A stretch of 64,000 nt of DNA, taken from positions 45,570,001 through 45,634,000 of the forward strand of contig NW_025964372.1 in NCBI RefSeq assembly GCF_023055435.1, in the 5' to 3' direction. The position numbers were made by a program, and so were the translations under genes. Origin of the DNA: Haliotis rufescens. Lineage: Eukaryota. Shown in pieces: positions 62,381 through 64,000 of this stretch. The notes under the pieces are model-generated. The model was given only the letters and a program-made list of their open reading frames with translations. It had not been told where the DNA came from and did no database searches. The first letter of the stretch is position 1; the number at the start of each line of letters is the position of its first letter.

Positions 62381-63788
62381 CATCCGTCAACTAATAGTTA
62401 TGCCTATCAAACACCTGAAAACAATCGCTTCAATCTGATACAGTTAAGTCAACGGTCGTATATGGGTAACATTGTTATTTACGGTTAATTAAGAATATTT
62501 TTTGCGTTTATGGAGGTATGCAGTAGGCAGTGAGTACTCCAGTTTTCGCGGTTTTACTTTACAAAATGCAAAACATATTGAAGTCAGTTATAATAAATTA
62601 GTCATCATACATAACTTCACAGACTGCTTACCCAATCTTTAACACAGCGCTGTTGACAACAGTACGAAATCAGTGACATCATACAGGGCAAAAGTGCAAC
62701 ACAAGCCCCGCCCACCCTATTATTAGCCAATCAGGAAGCAGTACTTAGACCGATAGTGGGCGTGGCTTATTTGGTTTCGGTTTATGGAAACATAAGCGCA
62801 AAAATTGCTTTGTTGGCCAATCAATGCCATGGAAACAATTGTAACTAAGATCCGGAGAAGAATAGGTCTTCAGCTATATTCTTGTCGTGAGAGGCGACTG
62901 ACGGGATGGGGTGGTCAAGCTCGCTGACTTGGTTGATGGAGAAATTTATTGCTATATAAAAAAGATGACAAAAATAACTTTAACAAATAATGGTCACTTT
63001 CATACTCAGCATTTGATCCTTAGCTCTCTGTTGATAGAAGCTATGTTTGAATCTGATTGTGTGAGAATACTTTCACTGGCGAGGCATGACCTGGTTTACT
63101 TTTTATGGCGATGTGAAAAACATCTTTTATTCGAAATAACTCATCTCAAGAATCGTCTGAACGATGTAACCGTGCACTCCTGGCATATCCCCTATCGACA
63201 TTGCTGTCCGCATGTCTCGATCCACGAAAGGATGGCACATACTCGATGTTCCCAGGCCCTCGAGTTAACAAGGTTGTTGTGTGTATATCACCCGCCATGG
63301 AATATAAGTCAAATCAGAGACAGCCTTTAATAAGACGATGTTGCCTGATGTCATCTTTCCAAGATATATTCATTCGGCTCGGCCATTGTAACCAGTCCAT
63401 CCATATTGTAGCTATTGAGACAGACACGGGGTATTGGAAGTCTGTTCTGTGGTACCTTCAAAAGAGCTCATGAAGTATATCGATATGACAGAGCTGTTCC
63501 ATGTTCCAAAGGCTACGGCCTGGGTGCCGTTGTACAAAACAACTTTAGCGCTACGACTGTCGTAAGCCGATGTTAAGGTAATGGGCGTTACGATCACCTC
63601 AGCGCTAAGATCGCTTTGTAGAACGGCACCAAGTTCTACGATGGCTGACGCTACTGTGATCACAACGTGAATTAGCGCACAGATGCCGCGACATATGTAC
63701 GTGATATTGTTCTCGCAGTCTGCAGAGAGTGGATATATGAAGTGTCTCTTCAAATATCTGTCCTTAACCCAAATGCGATAAAAGTGTT

Positions 63789-63828
<40 letters not shown>

Positions 63829-63995
63829 TGTGTGTGTATGTGCGTGCGCGCGCGTCTGTGTGTATATGTCTGTGTGAGTGTGTGTGTATGTCTGTGTGTG
63901 AGTGTGTGTGCGTCTGTCTGTGTGTGTGAGTGTGTCTGTGTATGTGAGTGTCTGTCTGTGTGTGCGTGTATGTGCGTCTCTGTGTGTGTGTGTGT
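63789..63995. repeat. Compound (GT)n microsatellite
   Basis: Direct inspection. Confidence 0.95.
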
Positions 63996-64000
63996 CATTG

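Noticed and set aside
62700-62825. GC-box/CCAAT cluster as a promoter
   Set aside because: No downstream exon can be tied to it, and such motifs are common inside MITEs here.

Overview
Repeat-rich, intron-containing animal genomic DNA with two N gaps; the SINE/MITE repertoire suggests a mollusc, possibly a gastropod such as abalone (inference). The main feature is a complete 12,662-bp terminal-inverted-repeat DNA transposon (9582-22243) with TAC...GTA ends, a perfect 6-bp TSD (CGTTTA) and TIRs built from 21-bp palindromic arrays. It carries two intact, convergent, spliced genes: a 2-exon IS3/integrase-type DD39E transposase (391 aa, minus) and an 8-exon SAM-like + HECT E3 ubiquitin ligase (692 aa, plus; catalytic Cys and -4 Phe intact). 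Termini and TSD fit the IS3EU superfamily. A defective Tc1, a Penelope-like RT fragment and a SINE are nested in the ligase introns. A second, non-autonomous TAT...ATA / 6-bp-TSD element lies at 24368-25620. Host genes: two Ig-domain exons of a minus-strand IgSF gene running off the left edge; SURF6 (4 coding exons, 344 aa, plus); and a spliced minus-strand single-pass membrane protein (at least 133 aa, 3 exons, absent from the ORF track). The rest is SINEs (4 families), MITEs, a HINE-like element, a LINE fragment, and mini/microsatellites, several of which start exactly at splice junctions. All gene models were assembled by eye from GT-AG sites and phase consistency; no database search was run.
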